The position numbers were made by a program, and so were the translations under genes. The notes under the pieces are model-generated. The model was not told the DNA's origin and searched no databases. It saw only the letters and a program-made list of their open reading frames with translations. Shown here piece by piece: positions 25,526-35,078 of a stretch of DNA of 41,598 nt (positions are counted from its first letter, which is position 1; each line of letters starts with the position of its first letter). This stretch comes from Deinococcus sp. (GTDB taxonomy: Bacteria; Deinococcota; Deinococci; Deinococcales; Thermaceae), in NCBI GenBank assembly GCA_023382135.1, contig JAMCQK010000127.1:1-41598 (forward strand), written 5' to 3'.

Positions 25526-25567
25526 TTACCATATTCCTGGTAATTATCCTTACCGGGAATATGGTAA
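25526..25567. repeat. inverted-repeat array of four TTACCA/TGGTAA half-sites at 12-bp spacing (candidate operator or recombinase site)
   Basis: TTACCATATTCCTGGTAA (25526-25543), spacer TTATCC, then TTACCGGGAATATGGTAA (25550-25567). The arms are reverse complements at 17 of 18 positions. Half-sites start at 25526, 25538, 25550 and 25562. Confidence 0.8.
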
Positions 25568-25941
25568 CTACTTAGGATAAACTTCTTTTACCAAACGAAC
25601 AAAGCCTTGAAATTCCGATTGGTCCTTGGAGTTCTTCCCGAAATTACAGTCAACACAAGCAAGTACCATATTTGCCGGGTCATTATCGCCGCCTTTGCTG
25701 AGATGCGTCTTTTCTGTTGTGCAGCGGGGGTACGAACGCAATGTTCTAAAGGGTTGGACTCCTTTAGCTTTCTAAAATAAGTTGCAACTTGCTCACCGTT
25801 GCAGGGCTTACAAATATCTCTGTGTAGGTCCGCACTTCGTTTGTTGCGCGTGAACTCCAGGATCGGTTTGTCGAGTTGGCATATCCGACACCTCTTAAAT
25901 TGCTTTCGAATCAACTTTCTGGGACGGTGTTTAGCGACCAT
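25568..25941 (-). pseudogene. HNH endonuclease remnant, frameshifted
   Basis: The frame starting at ATG 25941 encodes a zinc-ribbon-like N-terminus (CRICQ...x22...CKPCN). My hand translation of the -1 frame gives THLSKGGDNDPANMVLACVDCNFGKNSK, an HNH/HNN core, ending at TAG 25570-25568. The two parts are out of frame, with the switch somewhere in about 25700-25770. Codon usage is AT-rich. Confidence 0.65.
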
Positions 25942-26154
25942 GAAAGGCCGCTTTGAGCTCGTAGCACCTACTCAGCAATTCTACTTCTTTCGGGCTCTGC
26001 TCGTTCCCGCCCTTTTCAAATTCAACGGCAGCGGCTGGACAGGATCGGTCGAGCAAAAGACTTGAAACCTGGCCAAGTCCCTGGAAACAACAGTCGACTT
26101 GTTGACACGCAATGTCTCATGTGGCGTCGTCAAGCTGTACACTCATGTTTGCGT

Positions 26155-27414
26155 ATGCCCCAAGCCCCTAAAGGAACCCGAGACATCATCGGCGAGGACT
26201 ATCAGGCCTTTCGGTACATTATCGACACCGCTGAACGGGTCATCGGCTCTACTGGAGCAGTGCATATTGAAACACCGGTGTTCGAGGAAACAGCCGTGTT
26301 CGAGAAGGCTGTGGGAGCCTCCACTGATATTGTTCGTAAAGAAATGTACACCTTTACCGACCGGGGCGGACGCTCGCTGACGCTACGGCCCGAAGGCACG
26401 GCGGGCATAGTGCGGGCCTATCTGGAAAACGGGATGAAGGTCTGGCCCCAGCCGGTACGCCTCTATACCTACGGCCCCATGTTCCGGGCAGAAAATGTGC
26501 AACGGGGAAGATACCGGCAGTTTCATCAAATAGATTACGAGGCCATTGGTTCAGCTGACCCGCTGGTGGATGCCGAAGCGATTGCGCTCCTTGTCAAGAT
26601 TTTGCAGGAGCTTGGGCTAACCGGCCTCGAGGTCAAACTGGGCTCAGTCGGGGACCCCGAAGACCGCAAGCAGTACAACGCCTACCTGCGCGGCCTGCTC
26701 TCCCCTTCCTTGGAAAGACTTTCAAAAGACTCCAAAGACCGCCTGGAGCTGAACCCGATGCGAATTCTGGATTCCAAGGACCAGAAAGATCAGGTTCTGC
26801 TGAAGGAACTTAGGGCCAGACCCATGCTTGACTTTCTGGGCCCGGAGGCAAAAAGGCACTTTGAAGACTTGCAGAAATATCTGAAAGCGCTCGGGGTTAA
26901 TTTCTCCATAGACCCGTCCATTGTCCGCGGGCTGGACTATTACGTGCGTACCGCGTTCGAAGTACACCATGCCAGAATCGGTGCCCAGTCGGCGCTGTGC
27001 GGCGGGGGCCGCTACGATGGCCTGGCCGAGATGCTTGGGGGGGCGCACGTTCCGGGCGTGGGCTGGGCCTTCGGCATTGAACGTATAGCAATCGCTATGG
27101 AAGAAGAGGGCTTCTCCCCTTCCGCCGAAGCCGGGCCGGACCTGCTCATTGTCCCGCTCGACGAAAAAGCCAGGGAAGAGGCGCTGGCGTTAGCGCAGCA
27201 GCTCAGGCCGAAATTCCGGGTGGAGTTTCTGTACACAACCAAAAGCCCTAGAAAAGGCCTCGAGGACGCGCTTAAACGGCAGGCAACATTTGTGGCCTTT
27301 TTAGGCGAAGCCGAACGCTCAAAAGGTGTGGTTACCCTCAAACATCTGGCGCGCGGAAGCCAGGAGGAAGTGTATGCGCAAGAGCTGGCGGCAAAACTAG
27401 GGGCCAGGATTTAG
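26155..27414 (+). CDS. hisS: histidyl-tRNA synthetase
   Basis: Begins [10 protein letters not shown] and contains class II motifs ([24 protein letters not shown]). The ORF-track start 26062 is probably an over-extension. Confidence 0.93.
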   Translation: MPQAPKGTRDIIGEDYQAFRYIIDTAERVIGSTGAVHIETPVFEETAVFEKAVGASTDIVRKEMYTFTDRGGRSLTLRPEGTAGIVRAYLENGMKVWPQPVRLYTYGPMFRAENVQRGRYRQFHQIDYEAIGSADPLVDAEAIALLVKILQELGLTGLEVKLGSVGDPEDRKQYNAYLRGLLSPSLERLSKDSKDRLELNPMRILDSKDQKDQVLLKELRARPMLDFLGPEAKRHFEDLQKYLKALGVNFSIDPSIVRGLDYYVRTAFEVHHARIGAQSALCGGGRYDGLAEMLGGAHVPGVGWAFGIERIAIAMEEEGFSPSAEAGPDLLIVPLDEKAREEALALAQQLRPKFRVEFLYTTKSPRKGLEDALKRQATFVAFLGEAERSKGVVTLKHLARGSQEEVYAQELAAKLGARI

Positions 27415-27498
27415 GTTGTCTATCCTTACTTTCTGTTGCTTGCCCTAACTTTCGACACTCAGCCCTGCTTCCTGCTCATTACCGGTAGACTATTCCTT

Positions 27499-29253
27499 AT
27501 GCGTCGTTCGCATTACGCTGGCCTGATTAGCGAAACTCATGTCGGTTCAAAGGTAGTTCTCGAGGGCTGGGTGAACCGGCGCCGCGACCTGGGTGGCCTA
27601 ATTTTCATTGACCTGCGTGACCGCGAGGGCCTTGTTCAGGTTGTCGTCAATCCCGGGAGTCCGGCATATAAAAATGCTGAGCGGGTGCGCTCCGAGTGGG
27701 TGCTACGGGTTGAGGGAAGCGTCAGGGCGCGGCCAGCCGATCAGATAAACCCGAAGCTTAAAAGCGGGAAAATTGAGGTCGCAGCGGAGTTGCTGGAAGT
27801 CCTTTCCGAGGCAAAAACCCCCCCGTTTCCTTTGGACACGGCTTGGCGTGGCGAAGCTGAAGCGGAAATAAACGAAGACCTGCGGCTCAAATACCGCTTC
27901 CTTGACCTACGGCGCAAGGAGATGCAGGAAAAACTTGGCCTGCGTCACCGGACCACCAAGGCGATCTGGGATTTTCTCGATAATGAAGGCTTTATTCAAG
28001 TTGAGACCCCATTCCTTACCCGCAGCACACCGGAGGGCGCGCGCGACTACCTGGTTCCGTTTCGGCAAGAGCCAGGGAGTTTCTACGCGCTGCCACAGTC
28101 GCCGCAGTTATTCAAACAGATGTTGATGGTCGCGGGCTTGGACCGCTATTTTCAGATTGCCCGCTGCTTCCGCGACGAGGATCTGCGCAAAGACCGCCAG
28201 CCGGACTTCACCCAGCTGGATATCGAGATGAGTTTTGCAGACCAGGAAGACATTTTGTCCTTGAACGAACGCCTGATGTCGCATGTGTTCAAGCAGGCGC
28301 TTGGCCACGAACTGCCTCTCCCCTTCCCGCGCATGACGTACGCCGAGGCCATGAACAAGTATGGTTCAGATAAGCCGGATCTAAGATTTGGGCTGGAGTT
28401 TGCCGACCTAACCGGACTCTTCAAAGAAGGCCAGTTCCGGGCTTTTGCCGGCGCCGAGGCGGTTAAGGCGCTGGTGGTGCCGAGAGCGGTATCGCGCAAG
28501 GATATCGACCGCCTCGAGGCCGTCGCCAAACGCCAGCAAGCCGCCGGACTTTCCTGGGCCAGGGTAGAGGAAAGCGGGTTCTCTGGCGGCATCGCCAAGT
28601 TCCTCGAGCCCATCCGCGACCGGGTTTTGCCGCTCACCGGCGCAAAACCGGGCGACACGCTATTGTTTGTTGCCGGGCCGTGGAAGACCGCGGTGGACGC
28701 CCTGGGGACGGTTCGGCTGGAGCTAGGTGAGATGCTCGGCCTGATCGGCGAAGGTTATAAGTTTCTTTGGGTAGTGGACTTCCCCCTGCTCGAGTTCGAC
28801 CAAGAGAAAAAAACTTACACCTACATGCACCATCCGTTTACCTCTCCAAATCCCGGCGATCTGCCGCTTCTGGATACCGACCCCGGCAGGGTTCGGGCGC
28901 TCGCTTACGACCTGGTTTTGAACGGATCGGAAGTGGGTGGTGGCTCCATCCGCATTCACCGCCAAGAGTTGCAAACAAAAATGTTTCGTGTACTGGGAAT
29001 ATCCGATGAAGAGGCCAAAGAAAAATTTGGTTTCTTCCTCGAAGCGCTTTCATTTGGTGCGCCGCCGCACGGCGGGATCGCCTGGGGCCTCGACCGACTG
29101 CTGGCCATGATGTCGGGTGCCTCTTCCATCCGCGAGGTGATTGCTTTTCCCAAAAACAAAGAGGGGCGTGACCCATTAACCGGCGCTCCCAGCCGGGTGA
29201 GCCGGGAACAGCTTGCCGAACTTGGTTTGAGCACAGGGGTAAGGGATGGCTAA
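27499..29253 (+). CDS. aspS: aspartyl-tRNA synthetase, bacterial long type
   Basis: Begins MRRSHYAG and contains [15 protein letters not shown] and GGGSIRIH, plus the bacterial insertion domain. It is about 584 aa from ATG 27499. Confidence 0.93.
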   Translation: MRRSHYAGLISETHVGSKVVLEGWVNRRRDLGGLIFIDLRDREGLVQVVVNPGSPAYKNAERVRSEWVLRVEGSVRARPADQINPKLKSGKIEVAAELLEVLSEAKTPPFPLDTAWRGEAEAEINEDLRLKYRFLDLRRKEMQEKLGLRHRTTKAIWDFLDNEGFIQVETPFLTRSTPEGARDYLVPFRQEPGSFYALPQSPQLFKQMLMVAGLDRYFQIARCFRDEDLRKDRQPDFTQLDIEMSFADQEDILSLNERLMSHVFKQALGHELPLPFPRMTYAEAMNKYGSDKPDLRFGLEFADLTGLFKEGQFRAFAGAEAVKALVVPRAVSRKDIDRLEAVAKRQQAAGLSWARVEESGFSGGIAKFLEPIRDRVLPLTGAKPGDTLLFVAGPWKTAVDALGTVRLELGEMLGLIGEGYKFLWVVDFPLLEFDQEKKTYTYMHHPFTSPNPGDLPLLDTDPGRVRALAYDLVLNGSEVGGGSIRIHRQELQTKMFRVLGISDEEAKEKFGFFLEALSFGAPPHGGIAWGLDRLLAMMSGASSIREVIAFPKNKEGRDPLTGAPSRVSREQLAELGLSTGVRDG

Positions 29254-30145
29254 GCTTCCCTATCTGGTGGTGGACGCCTTCACCGAGACGCCGGGCGGGG
29301 GAAACCGGGTGGCGCTGGTGCTCGACGCCAGGGGCATGACCTACCAGGAGATGCAGCAAACGGCCTCGAGGCTGGGGCAGTCCCAGGTGGCATTTGTCAG
29401 CGACTGGGAGGGACAAAACTTTCACGTCCACTATTTCACCCCGGCAGGCGAGGTGGAGTTTGCCGGGCACGCCTCGGTTGCGCTCGCGCTTACGCTTGCA
29501 CGCGAGGGTTATATTCCACCCGAGACCAAGCGGCTCTACCTGAGAACAACAGTTGAGACGCTACCGGTAGACCTCGAGATCGAACAGGGAGTACCGGTAC
29601 GCGCTTTGATCCGCGGTCCCGCCCCCCGCTTCCGCGATCCACCCTCGTGGAAGATCATGCGCGAATTTGTCGAGGCGCTGGGAGCCAATGAGCGCTATGT
29701 TCACCGGGGGCTTCCCTACGGCGTGGCTTTCACCGGGCTGTGGTCGCTTTTTATTCCGCTGGTTGCGCCGGGCTTGGTTGACAGCCTGGAACCCGACCAT
29801 GCCAAGCTTTCCGAGCTTTCAGCGGCGCTGGAAATTTCCACTGTTCACGCTTACGCCCCTATGGGTCCCAGGACCTTTTATGCCAGGGACTTCGCCCCGG
29901 TACTGGGTATCCCCGAAGACCCGGTCACCGGCTCCGCCAACGCCGCGTTGGGCGCGTTACTTGCACGCGCGGGGGTGGTGCCGCGCTGGGAGGGCGAGCT
30001 CAGCCTGGTGGTTCTGCAGGGACACCACCTGGGCCAGCCGGGCACGGTCCAGGTACGGGTTTTCTACGGGCCATCGGGTGCCATACTTGGCGTCTACTTG
30101 GGCGGCACGGCGGTGCTGGCGGCCTCCGAGGTACTCGAGCTCTAA
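29246..30145 (+). CDS. PhzF-family isomerase-like protein
   Basis: 299-aa ORF that starts VVDAFT...GGN.VA and has the PhzF fold signature with DPVTGSA. Its ATG overlaps the aspS stop (ATGGCTAA). Confidence 0.75.
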   Translation: MAKLPYLVVDAFTETPGGGNRVALVLDARGMTYQEMQQTASRLGQSQVAFVSDWEGQNFHVHYFTPAGEVEFAGHASVALALTLAREGYIPPETKRLYLRTTVETLPVDLEIEQGVPVRALIRGPAPRFRDPPSWKIMREFVEALGANERYVHRGLPYGVAFTGLWSLFIPLVAPGLVDSLEPDHAKLSELSAALEISTVHAYAPMGPRTFYARDFAPVLGIPEDPVTGSANAALGALLARAGVVPRWEGELSLVVLQGHHLGQPGTVQVRVFYGPSGAILGVYLGGTAVLAASEVLEL

Positions 30146-30946
30146 ATGATCCGCCTGGTCTTTTTGGACATCGATGGCACGCTCCACGGCCCCATGGGAG
30201 TCCCGGAATGCGCCTGGAAAGCGGCGGAACAAGCCCGTGCTGCCGGGGTTCACCTCGCGATTTGCACCGGCAGACCGGGGCGCGGGTTTGCGCTGGAATA
30301 CGCCCAAAGGCTCGAGGCTTCCGGGCTACACATTTTTGAATCCGGCGCAGTAGTGCGCGACGGTTTCGGCAAAATTGTGCACTCGTCAGCGCTCTCCACA
30401 CAACATTTCATCAGGGTTGTCGAGCTAGGCCGTGAGTTTGGAGTGCCGTTTGAGATTTACACTGAGCGCGGCGGATTCTTTATAGAGAAACCAGCGGCAG
30501 ACCTCGAGGCCCACCAGCGCATGATCGGGATACAAGCCGAGCTTTACCCCGCACAAAATATTGGCGACCGCGTGGTGCGCGTCCAGTTTGTCGCTCGTGA
30601 AGGTGAGTCCTGGCTATTACTCAGAAACAAACTTCGTTTACTTGATGGTGTCGAGCTACACGAGGCAACCAGCCCGGCGCTCCCAGGCATCGGCTTTAAT
30701 TCGGTCACGGCCTCGGGTGTTTCCAAGCTCTCTGCCGCCCGCTTTGTGGCTGCTTACTACCAGCTCGGCATCGAGTCCGCCGCCATGGTGGGAGACGGGG
30801 AAAATGATCTTGAACTCATCCAATCGGTAGGCCTAGGAATTGCCATGGGGGAGGCTCCCGCTTCGGTCAAAAAAGCCGCCCGCCGGGTGGTTTCCACGGT
30901 GGAAAACTGCGGCCTGGCGGAAGCCTTGCAGCTGGTGCTGGCATGA
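30146..30946 (+). CDS. Cof-type HAD-IIB phosphatase
   Basis: Contains FLDIDGTL, TGR, a cap domain and GDGENDLE. Confidence 0.8.
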   Translation: MIRLVFLDIDGTLHGPMGVPECAWKAAEQARAAGVHLAICTGRPGRGFALEYAQRLEASGLHIFESGAVVRDGFGKIVHSSALSTQHFIRVVELGREFGVPFEIYTERGGFFIEKPAADLEAHQRMIGIQAELYPAQNIGDRVVRVQFVAREGESWLLLRNKLRLLDGVELHEATSPALPGIGFNSVTASGVSKLSAARFVAAYYQLGIESAAMVGDGENDLELIQSVGLGIAMGEAPASVKKAARRVVSTVENCGLAEALQLVLA

Positions 30947-31746
30947 TCAAGCTAGTTCTAGTAGATGCCGACGGAACGCTATTCTCCGCCGAGACCGGCA
31001 TCCCCAACTCCGCCCGTAAAGCTATTGAGGAAGCCAAACTGGCGGGTATTCGCTTTGCGCTCTGCACCGGCAGACCCGTGGGCGGCTTTGCGCTCGGCTG
31101 GGCCCGCTGGTTGGACCCGCAGGGACTGCACGTGTTCGCCAATGGCGCGGCGGTTATTGACGCAGAAGGCCTGCCGAGATACTCCGAACCGCTTTCAAAC
31201 AGCGCGTGGAAAAACATTGTGCACCTTGCGCGGGCACACGGGATCGCCGTGGATGCCGTCACCGCTGACGGCGGACGCTTTCACGAGCGCGGCTTGAAAC
31301 CTCCCGACCTTGAGCGCCATGAAAAGTTCATAGGTGTATATTCGCAGGAAAGAAATTTAGATGAGGTTATGCAGGTAGTCCACGTCTGGTATGTTGCCGG
31401 GCAGCAAAAGTGGGATACGGCGCGGGAGGATATCATGAACCTGCCCGAAACCCGCTGGCTGGTCTACCGCGCGCCGAACGCGGTAGTCGCTGGTACGGCG
31501 CGCATAGGAATCACCAAGGCTTACGGCCTTTCACTGCTTGCCTCGCACCACGGTATCGATATCAGCAAAATAGCTATGGTTGGCGATGGGGACAACGACC
31601 TCGAGGCCATAGCCTCCGCTGGTCTTGGCATAGCGATGGGTAACGCGGAAGATCAGGTCAAGCAGGCCGCGGATGTTGTGGTGGGATCGCTTGACCAAGA
31701 CGGCCTGGCCGAGGCCATTTCTTTTATTCTGGAGAACCGCAGATGA
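30943..31746 (+). CDS. Cof-type HAD-IIB phosphatase (diverged tandem paralog)
   Basis: Contains LVDADGTL, TGRP and GDGDNDLE. ATGA overlaps the preceding gene. Confidence 0.8.
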   Translation: MIKLVLVDADGTLFSAETGIPNSARKAIEEAKLAGIRFALCTGRPVGGFALGWARWLDPQGLHVFANGAAVIDAEGLPRYSEPLSNSAWKNIVHLARAHGIAVDAVTADGGRFHERGLKPPDLERHEKFIGVYSQERNLDEVMQVVHVWYVAGQQKWDTAREDIMNLPETRWLVYRAPNAVVAGTARIGITKAYGLSLLASHHGIDISKIAMVGDGDNDLEAIASAGLGIAMGNAEDQVKQAADVVVGSLDQDGLAEAISFILENRR

Positions 31747-32618
31747 CCGAGCTCCACAAACTAATTGACAGCTTCCCCGGCCAGGTTGGACTCTGGGTAG
31801 AAAACCTGAACACCGGCGATAAATTCTCTCACCAGCCCGAACGCCCCTTCTACGCCGCCAGCACCATAAAACTGCCCATGCTTATCGCCGTTCTCGACTT
31901 TTTGTCCCCGCCGGCAAAAGGGGCGGCTACCAAAGAGCCGGAGTGCTTGGAGTCCAGCCTAATAGCGGCGCTGTCGCGACCAATATCCATCAAGCCAGAG
32001 CTGGTCGCCACCGGCTCCGGCATCCTCAAAGACCTTTCCACTCCCCTTTCGTTACCGCTTATCGACCTGCTCACGCTGATGATTGTGGTGAGCGACAACA
32101 CCGCAACCAACGTGATTCTCGACCACTTCGGCCACAAAGAACCGTTCAACGCTTACTACCAAAACCAGGGTTGGAACCAGACTCGCTCGGCGGGAATGCT
32201 CTCGCTTCCCACAGGGCGCACCGACCCCAGGCGTATCCAAGGAGAGATCACCAGTGTTTCTGCCGGGAATCTTGCCAACCTGCTCAAGCGGCTTTGGTCC
32301 GGCGAGCTCTTGTCCAAGGAGGCGACCAAAATCGCTCTGGGCATTCTTTCCCGGCAGCAGCAGACCGGTTTGCTGCGTTACCTGCCAGTGGATTTAGATC
32401 ATATTGAGGATAAGGAAACCGACTTGCGCATTTTTAGCAAGTCTGGCGAAATTCGGCGCAGCCGCCACGAGGCTGGGATTCTCTCGAAGGGCGATAACGC
32501 CGTTACTGTTGTGGTGCTCACCGAGTCCGAGGCTGACCTGCGCTTTCACCCGGATCACCCTGCAGTGGTGTTGATTGGCCATACCGCCGAGCGGGTTTTT
32601 CACTACTGGCTCAGTTGA
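31743..32618 (+). CDS. serine hydrolase, class A beta-lactamase-like
   Basis: The S-x-x-K (ASTIK), SDN (VSDNTATN) and KSG (SKSGE) motifs occur in the expected order. ATGA overlaps the preceding gene. Confidence 0.75.
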   Translation: MTELHKLIDSFPGQVGLWVENLNTGDKFSHQPERPFYAASTIKLPMLIAVLDFLSPPAKGAATKEPECLESSLIAALSRPISIKPELVATGSGILKDLSTPLSLPLIDLLTLMIVVSDNTATNVILDHFGHKEPFNAYYQNQGWNQTRSAGMLSLPTGRTDPRRIQGEITSVSAGNLANLLKRLWSGELLSKEATKIALGILSRQQQTGLLRYLPVDLDHIEDKETDLRIFSKSGEIRRSRHEAGILSKGDNAVTVVVLTESEADLRFHPDHPAVVLIGHTAERVFHYWLS

Positions 32619-32634
32619 GCTGTAGTAAAGTGTA

Positions 32635-32664
32635 CTTGACATTATGTCAAGAATGCACTACTAT
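32635..32664 (+). promoter_or_regulatory. sigma-70-like promoter with a palindromic operator over the -35 box
   Basis: TTGACA (32636-32641), a 17-nt spacer, then TACTAT (32659-32664). The perfect palindrome CTTGACAT-T-ATGTCAAG spans 32635-32651. Confidence 0.6.
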
Positions 32665-32699
32665 CCTGTTAGAGGTGCTTGACAGGAGGAAGAGCAGTA

Positions 32700-32885
32700 A
32701 TGAACAAGCCCTGGCAGCATATCGAGACTGAAGCCATAGAAAAGCTAAGGTCTCTTGAGTATGAAGCTAAAATCGAAAGCCTGTTAGGGCATCGGAGTGC
32801 GCGTGCCTTGGTAGCCGAGCTTTTGGTCCGGCTGGCGGAGCTGCTGGATCACGGAATCGCCAACCGGACAGCGAGAGCGGCATGA
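32700..32885 (+). CDS. small helical hypothetical protein (61 aa)
   Basis: AGGAGG lies 10 nt upstream of ATG 32700. The stop overlaps the next start (ATGA). I recognise no family. Confidence 0.45.
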   Translation: MNKPWQHIETEAIEKLRSLEYEAKIESLLGHRSARALVAELLVRLAELLDHGIANRTARAA

Positions 32886-33100
32886 AGAACCGCCTCCGAG
32901 TTTTGCGCGCTGAGCGCAGCTGGAGCCAGGCTGAACTGGCAGAGCGGCTTGGCGTGAGCAGGCAGACTGTTAATGCCATAGAAACTGAAAAGTACGACCC
33001 CAGCCTGCCCCTGGCCTTCAAGGTCGCCCGCATCTTTGGGCTCTTAATTGAAGACATCTTCGAGTGGAAGGAGGAGTATGAAGATCAAGCGCAGCTTTAG
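32882..33100 (+). CDS. XRE-family helix-turn-helix transcriptional regulator
   Basis: 72 aa with LRAERSWSQAELAERLGVSRQTVNAIETEKYDPSL, a classic HTH_3 sequence. Confidence 0.88.
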   Translation: MKNRLRVLRAERSWSQAELAERLGVSRQTVNAIETEKYDPSLPLAFKVARIFGLLIEDIFEWKEEYEDQAQL

Positions 33101-33180
33101 CCTGGACCTGAGCCTGCCAGTCCTGGTCCTCATCGGCATCTCAGCCTGGGCGGTGGGGCCTAGAGGCCACCGCCACCTTC

Positions 33181-33675
33181 GTGGCCTGGGGGTTGTTCCT
33201 GTTCCTGGCCCTGGCCACCCTGGTGCTGGGTTTTGTCCTCTCCGCCGGCAAGAACGTGCAGGTGGCCGTAGCCTTCGGACGCTTTGTGGCCGCCACGCCC
33301 AGGGTGGAGATCCCTTCCCTGCAGGTCCACCCGGTGGTGAGGGCTGCCCGGTTCACCGCCCTCCTGGCCTTCCTGGCCTCCTTAGCCTACCTGGGTCTCA
33401 GAGGACAACCCCTGCTCCTTCTGGCCCTCCTCCCCTTTCTCCTGGAGATCCTGCCCCTGCCCAAGCTCCTCTGGGACGAGTACCTAAGCGAGGTGCTACG
33501 CCGGGCCGGGGCACTGGCGGCCGGGGTGGCCCTTTTTGCCCTCAGCCTGCTGGCCCTCCTGGGCGTGAGGGGGTTGGAGATGATGGCCGGCGTTTACACC
33601 GTCTTTTACCTGAGCCTGGTCCTGTACCTCTACCGCTGGCTGCGCTCGACGGAGGGCGATGCCGTAGACTCTTGA
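33181..33675 (+). CDS. polytopic membrane protein (its N-terminus probably lies in another frame from ATG 33078)
   Basis: 164-aa hydrophobic ORF with several predicted TM helices and strongly GC3-rich codons. See the frameshift finding. Confidence 0.55.
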   Translation: MAWGLFLFLALATLVLGFVLSAGKNVQVAVAFGRFVAATPRVEIPSLQVHPVVRAARFTALLAFLASLAYLGLRGQPLLLLALLPFLLEILPLPKLLWDEYLSEVLRRAGALAAGVALFALSLLALLGVRGLEMMAGVYTVFYLSLVLYLYRWLRSTEGDAVDS

Positions 33676-33679
33676 ACGT

Positions 33680-34999
33680 ATGCAGCGTGTCTTCATCGAG
33701 GAAATTTCCGCATTCGACGGCCAAGAAGCGCAGGTCCGCGGCTGGCTGGTGAACCGGCGCAGCAAGGGCAAGATTCACTTTCTGACCCTGCGCGACGGCA
33801 CTGGTTTCCTGCAGGCAACCCTGTTCAAGGGTGAAGTGCCCGACGACCAGTTTGAACTGGCGGACCACCTCCCACAAGAAACCGCGCTGGAAATAGGCGG
33901 CCTGGTCCGCGCCGATTCCCGTGCGCCGGGCGGGTACGAGCTCGCGGTAAAAAGCTTGGAAGTAATCAGCCAACGGCAAGCTGAGTACCCCATCACCCCC
34001 AAGGAGCACGGGGTGGATTTTTTAATGGACCACCGGCATTTATGGCTCCGACACCGGAAGCCTTGGGCTGTTTTACGCGTGCGCGACGAAATTGAGCGCA
34101 GCATTCACGACTTCTTCCACCAGCGCGGTTTTATCCGTATGGACTCTCCCATCCTTACTCCCAATGCGGTGGAGGGGACATCTGATTTATTCGAAGTGGA
34201 TTTGTTTGACGGCGAGAAGGCTTATCTTTCGCAGTCCGGACAACTCTATGCCGAGGCCGGAGCCTTGGCCTTCGGTAAGGTGTATACCTTTGGCCCCACC
34301 TTCCGTGCCGAAAGGTCTAAGACCCGCAGGCATCTGTTGGAGTTTTGGATGATTGAGCCGGAAGTAGCGTTCATGACCCACGAGGAAAACATGCAACTGC
34401 AAGAAGATCTGGTGGCGTATTTAGTGGGGAGGGTGCTTGAGCGGCGCAAAGAGGAACTTGCAGTTCTCGAGCGTGACGTGACCAAGCTGGAACCAACAGC
34501 AGAGGGCAGATTTCCAAGAATCCACTACAGCCGGGCAGTTGAGATGGTAGCGGAACTGGCTAGCGAGAACAGCGGCCTCGAGGCCCTCCCCTGGGGTGAA
34601 GACTTCGGCGCCCCCCATGAAGCGGCTATTTCCAGCCGCTACGACCGGCCGGTAATTTTGGAGAAGTATCCGGCCAGGATCAAGGCCTTTTACATGCAGC
34701 CCGATGAAAAAGACCCGCGGCTGGTTAAGAACAACGACATGCTGGCTCCCGAAGGCTACGGGGAAATTATCGGCGGCTCACAGCGCATTCACGACCCCGA
34801 GCTTCTGATACAGAAAATCCGCGAGCACAACCTGCCGGAAGAAGTTTTCGACTGGTACCTGGATCTCAGGAACTTCGGGACCGTACCCCACGCGGGGTTT
34901 GGGATCGGCCTCGAGCGCACCGTAGCCTGGATCTGCGGCCTCCAGCACGTGCGGGAAGCCGTTCCCTTCCCGCGGATGTACACGCGTATGCGGCCGTAG
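33680..34999 (+). CDS. asnS: asparaginyl-tRNA synthetase
   Basis: 439 aa with an N-terminal OB fold, the class IIb motifs [21 protein letters not shown] and GFGIGLER, and an AsnRS-typical length. Confidence 0.88.
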   Translation: MQRVFIEEISAFDGQEAQVRGWLVNRRSKGKIHFLTLRDGTGFLQATLFKGEVPDDQFELADHLPQETALEIGGLVRADSRAPGGYELAVKSLEVISQRQAEYPITPKEHGVDFLMDHRHLWLRHRKPWAVLRVRDEIERSIHDFFHQRGFIRMDSPILTPNAVEGTSDLFEVDLFDGEKAYLSQSGQLYAEAGALAFGKVYTFGPTFRAERSKTRRHLLEFWMIEPEVAFMTHEENMQLQEDLVAYLVGRVLERRKEELAVLERDVTKLEPTAEGRFPRIHYSRAVEMVAELASENSGLEALPWGEDFGAPHEAAISSRYDRPVILEKYPARIKAFYMQPDEKDPRLVKNNDMLAPEGYGEIIGGSQRIHDPELLIQKIREHNLPEEVFDWYLDLRNFGTVPHAGFGIGLERTVAWICGLQHVREAVPFPRMYTRMRP

Positions 35000-35078
35000 C
35001 TATCTCCCGCCCCATTGCCCCTCTGACAAAAGCCTTGGCTGCATATCTTCTGGAACAACAATTTAAGGTTGTGGTTAT

